Source: a virus (Duplodnaviria > Caudoviricetes). From it: 36,622 bases of DNA. The notes below the pieces were generated by a model. That model worked only from the letters and a program-made list of their open reading frames with translations. It was not told the origin of the DNA and ran no database searches. Positions 34,087 to 36,622 of this stretch are shown in pieces (positions within the stretch are counted from its first letter, which is position 1; every line of letters starts with the position of its first letter). The stretch lies in the IMG/VR virus record IMGVR_UViG_3300025015_000075, positions 1 through 36,622 of that record; one strand, given 5' to 3'. A program made the position numbers and the translations under genes.

Positions 34087-34971
34087 TTACGAGGCTGGCG
34101 CGGTAGCGTCTGACAGGTGGGTGTAGAGCCACACCTGGGTTGTGCCGCTGGTCCGCTCGAAGAAGCCATAGTCGTCCACCATAGAGAGAACATCCGCACC
34201 ACCACCGAAGTAGAGGTCACGGTCTTTCTCTGTCTTGATTGCCATGGCGGAGAGAGCGACGACGCCACCACGAGAGTGCGTTGCGCCGCGTGCATCAGGC
34301 GTTGAGTTCACGGTGATGTTGCCATCCGTGAAGACGTTGGAGCCTGCCACGGTGCCAGACCAGCCCTTGCGGTAGACCTCTTCGCTGAGGCCCTGCATCA
34401 TGTAGGTGCCCACAGGAGCCGTGACCTCGATTTGCAGATCGTACTTCTGGAAACCGTGGATGACGGTGGAGATGAGGTCCATCGAGGGCTCAGTCGTGTT
34501 GCCCTGGATGTTCGCCACGGAAGCGGCGATGTGGCCGTGTGACAGTGGGTTGCCCGTGCCAGGGGACGTGGTTGTCGCAGCGGAAGAAAAGAGCGCCAGG
34601 TAGTCCTGGTCTTTCTTCGTTGCCATCGCCTGGCCCGCAAGAGAGCCGAATTTGCCTGTGACTACGTTGGGCAGCTTGCGCATCGTCTCGTCCGTAATCT
34701 TTAGGATCACCTGGGTCATGGACGGGGTGCCAGTGAGCAGCGTGCCTGTGATTTGCTGGTAGGTGCCGTTTAGTGTCTCGCCACCGATGTCAGCAGACTG
34801 CACCTGGGAGACGGCAAATTCGTTCCAGGTGTTGCCATTGCCGGTGCCGAGTTGCTGCACTTCACAGGTGCGCATCCAGGTGCCGTCGTAGGCTTTGATG
34901 ATTCGCGCTTGCCCAATGATCGTTGGTTCAGCCGCACTTAGTGAATTGAAGGTCGTTTCGCCGGTAGCCAT
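34087..34971 (-). CDS. Major capsid protein (HK97 fold)
   Basis: After scaffold; AGQAMATKKDQDYLALF backbone helix, VIHGFQKYDL, GTVAGSNVFTDGNI, DDYG. Confidence 0.82.
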   Translation of the reverse strand: MATGETTFNSLSAAEPTIIGQARIIKAYDGTWMRTCEVQQLGTGNGNTWNEFAVSQVQSADIGGETLNGTYQQITGTLLTGTPSMTQVILKITDETMRKLPNVVTGKFGSLAGQAMATKKDQDYLALFSSAATTTSPGTGNPLSHGHIAASVANIQGNTTEPSMDLISTVIHGFQKYDLQIEVTAPVGTYMMQGLSEEVYRKGWSGTVAGSNVFTDGNITVNSTPDARGATHSRGGVVALSAMAIKTEKDRDLYFGGGADVLSMVDDYGFFERTSGTTQVWLYTHLSDATAPAS

Positions 34972-34980
34972 GTGTTACTC

Positions 34981-35796
34981 CTAAGTAAGACCACGCGAGC
35001 GCATGATCTCTTGGACTTTGGTGATTGGGGTGTTGGGGTCAAGCAGCAACTCGTCTTCAGTGCGAGTGTCTGCGACTCCTCTGATGTGAGAGGTTGGCTG
35101 AGTGCCACGTGCGCCAGGTGCCTGTGCAGCCCGTTTGCCACGGATGTAGGCCAGCGCCTCTTTCTCTTCAAGCTGAAGCTTCGTGTAGTGACCAGTAGTC
35201 GCTGCCTTTTGGCTCGCTTCGATGATGCGGTCGAGCAACTGGGGGAAGGACTCGAACTTGGCTGCGTTGTAGTCGGCAAGGATAGACTTGGCTGATGCTT
35301 CGTCTAGCTTGCGCACGGCGTAGTCGATAGTACCGTCCCAGTATTCCTTGGACACGACTACTGAAGACTGGGCGTGGTGGGCGTTAAATGTGGCTACGAG
35401 CCGTTCAGCATCTTCAGGTTCGAGGCCCTTGTCACGAGCGAACCCGCGAATAGCCTGAGCGGTTTCACGGAAGGCTTTCTCTATACCCTCTACGCGGTTA
35501 CGCTGCTCGCGGGCCGTAGCTTCGGCCTCGTGGGACTTGCGTTCGGCTTCACGCCCACGCGCTTCAGCTTCCTCAGCAGCGGCAGCCTTAGCCGCGTCGA
35601 GAAGTGTCTTTACGTCGTCGTCTACCTGGGGTTCTGTACCTGTGCTCGCGGGTTCTGTACTGGCGCCCTGAGTCTCCAGCCCTAGAGCAGTACGCGCTTC
35701 TGCAAGCTCGTCCGCGCTGGGCGTGGATTCTGTAACGTCAGCCGGGGTAACTGGAGCACTGGCCTGGGTTGCGTCGGTTAAGACTTCAGTGGTCAC
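34981..35796 (-). CDS. Capsid scaffolding protein
   Basis: Acidic disordered N-terminus, coiled coil, directly upstream of MCP. Confidence 0.72.
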   Translation of the reverse strand: MTTEVLTDATQASAPVTPADVTESTPSADELAEARTALGLETQGASTEPASTGTEPQVDDDVKTLLDAAKAAAAEEAEARGREAERKSHEAEATAREQRNRVEGIEKAFRETAQAIRGFARDKGLEPEDAERLVATFNAHHAQSSVVVSKEYWDGTIDYAVRKLDEASAKSILADYNAAKFESFPQLLDRIIEASQKAATTGHYTKLQLEEKEALAYIRGKRAAQAPGARGTQPTSHIRGVADTRTEDELLLDPNTPITKVQEIMRSRGLT

Positions 35797-35872
35797 GCAT
35801 GGCCTCAGTAGAACTGCGCTACTGGGCCGTCTGCGCTAGGGCCGCTTATTTATGTGCAGAGTACAGCGCGAA

Positions 35873-36058
35873 TTAGAACTTGGCAACTGTGTTGCAGTTC
35901 TTGCACGCAGGAATCGTAACTCCCTGGAGTTGCTGGATGCTTGGAACGATGGCGATAAGCCGTCCGCAGACTTGACCTTTACGCGGGCCACGCAAGACTG
36001 TGCCCGTACAGCGGACTTCTACCATGCCGGTAATGCGTGGGGGAGACTCAGTGGTCAC
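35873..36058 (-). CDS. Mu Com-like Zn-ribbon regulator
   Basis: EVRC...CGRLIA...TIPACKNCNTV; GTGA-coupled start at 36058; upstream of scaffold. Confidence 0.65.
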   Translation of the reverse strand: MTTESPPRITGMVEVRCTGTVLRGPRKGQVCGRLIAIVPSIQQLQGVTIPACKNCNTVAKF

Positions 36059-36267
36059 TTGCGCTTCAGCTCCCGTTCTTGTTCCCACAGCACAGTTAGC
36101 GCACGACCCATCCACACAGCACAGCCAGCGCGCCACTTAGCCATCCGCCAAAATTGCCAACGCGGAGGCCGTGCAGGAGGTAGTTCAGTAGAACTATAGA
36201 ACTCAATCAGCAATTCTTGATCATGCTTATTCAGCATCGCTTGTGCAGCTATCTCAGAATAATTCAT
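36055..36267 (-). CDS. Hypothetical protein
   Basis: GAGGA RBS; ATG abuts upstream TAA. Confidence 0.6.
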   Translation of the reverse strand: MNYSEIAAQAMLNKHDQELLIEFYSSTELPPARPPRWQFWRMAKWRAGCAVWMGRALTVLWEQERELKRK

Positions 36268-36621
36268 TTACTTCCTCTTCATGCTCATCAGGACACGTTT
36301 GGGATCGAGGAGTTGCACAGGGCGCTTGGACTGTGGGTAAGGCGCATTCATCGGTGGCGCACTCATGGGAGTGAAGTTCACCATCTCAGGGCCAGCTTCA
36401 CCGGCTACGAACTTGGGATCGATTTGCCCTTGTGTTAATCCTTTAAGTCCAACGCCAACTACTGGCTCGCCCAAAACTTGCGCCCCGCCGTTGGCAAAGC
36501 GTGGAGCATAGCCCACTGAACGGGTAGCCCCACGAGGTTGAGGCTCTACGCCTGCCTGGGGGAACGCGTTACCGGCTAGTGCGTTAGTGTTCTCCTCGCG
36601 CTCGGGCTCAATGCGCTCAAT
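36268..36621 (-). CDS. C-terminus of a larger virion (possibly ejection/internal) protein; 5' end off window
   Basis: Frame is open to the window edge; FANGG...VAGEAGPE motif typical of tape-measure/internal virion proteins. Confidence 0.6.
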   Translation of the reverse strand: MERIEPEREENTNALAGNAFPQAGVEPQPRGATRSVGYAPRFANGGAQVLGEPVVGVGLKGLTQGQIDPKFVAGEAGPEMVNFTPMSAPPMNAPYPQSKRPVQLLDPKRVLMSMKRK

Positions 36622-36622
36622 A

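Noticed and set aside
34053-34295. Programmed frameshift extension of the major capsid protein
   Set aside because: Alternative frame adds only ~11 aa and no slippery heptamer is evident.
21528-35685. Numerous plus-strand and nested ORFs across the structural region
   Set aside because: Antisense shadows of GC3-biased minus-strand genes; no RBS or motifs.

Overview
This window is most of a tailed-phage (Caudoviricetes) genome, probably podovirus-like. The minus strand carries the late genes. On the left these are TerS (4904-5425), small accessory ORFs, TerL (1675-2991) and a >515-aa probable portal running off the left edge, which the ORF track missed. On the right they are a truncated upstream gene, a Com-like Zn ribbon, scaffold, major capsid, virion/tail proteins, an S74-chaperone tail fibre, adaptor, nozzle, amidase endolysin and holin. 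The plus strand (5570-20284) carries early/middle genes: many tiny ORFs, two HNH nucleases and an SSB/Cas4-like exonuclease/Sak4/ERCC4 recombination module. An opposed HTH regulator plus AAA ATPase block interrupts it. Host-type surface domains (a PPxTG-D-A-G-L tail, a dockerin-like repeat) hint at a Chloroflexota/Dehalococcoidia-like host (inference). The most notable unexplained signals are: (1) a stand-alone ~80-nt sRNA gene at 14582-14695 whose exposed linker is complementary to the GCAAGGAG ribosome-binding motif shared by the phage's early genes; (2) at least six small genes flanked by 9-18 bp direct duplications of the stop/RBS/start junction; (3) two ORFs (an HNH and a 39-aa Zn peptide) enclosed in long RNA stems; (4) twin sigma70-type promoters sharing an operator-like spacer; (5) several structured intergenic RNA candidates. 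All family assignments are from motif recognition by eye, not database searches.
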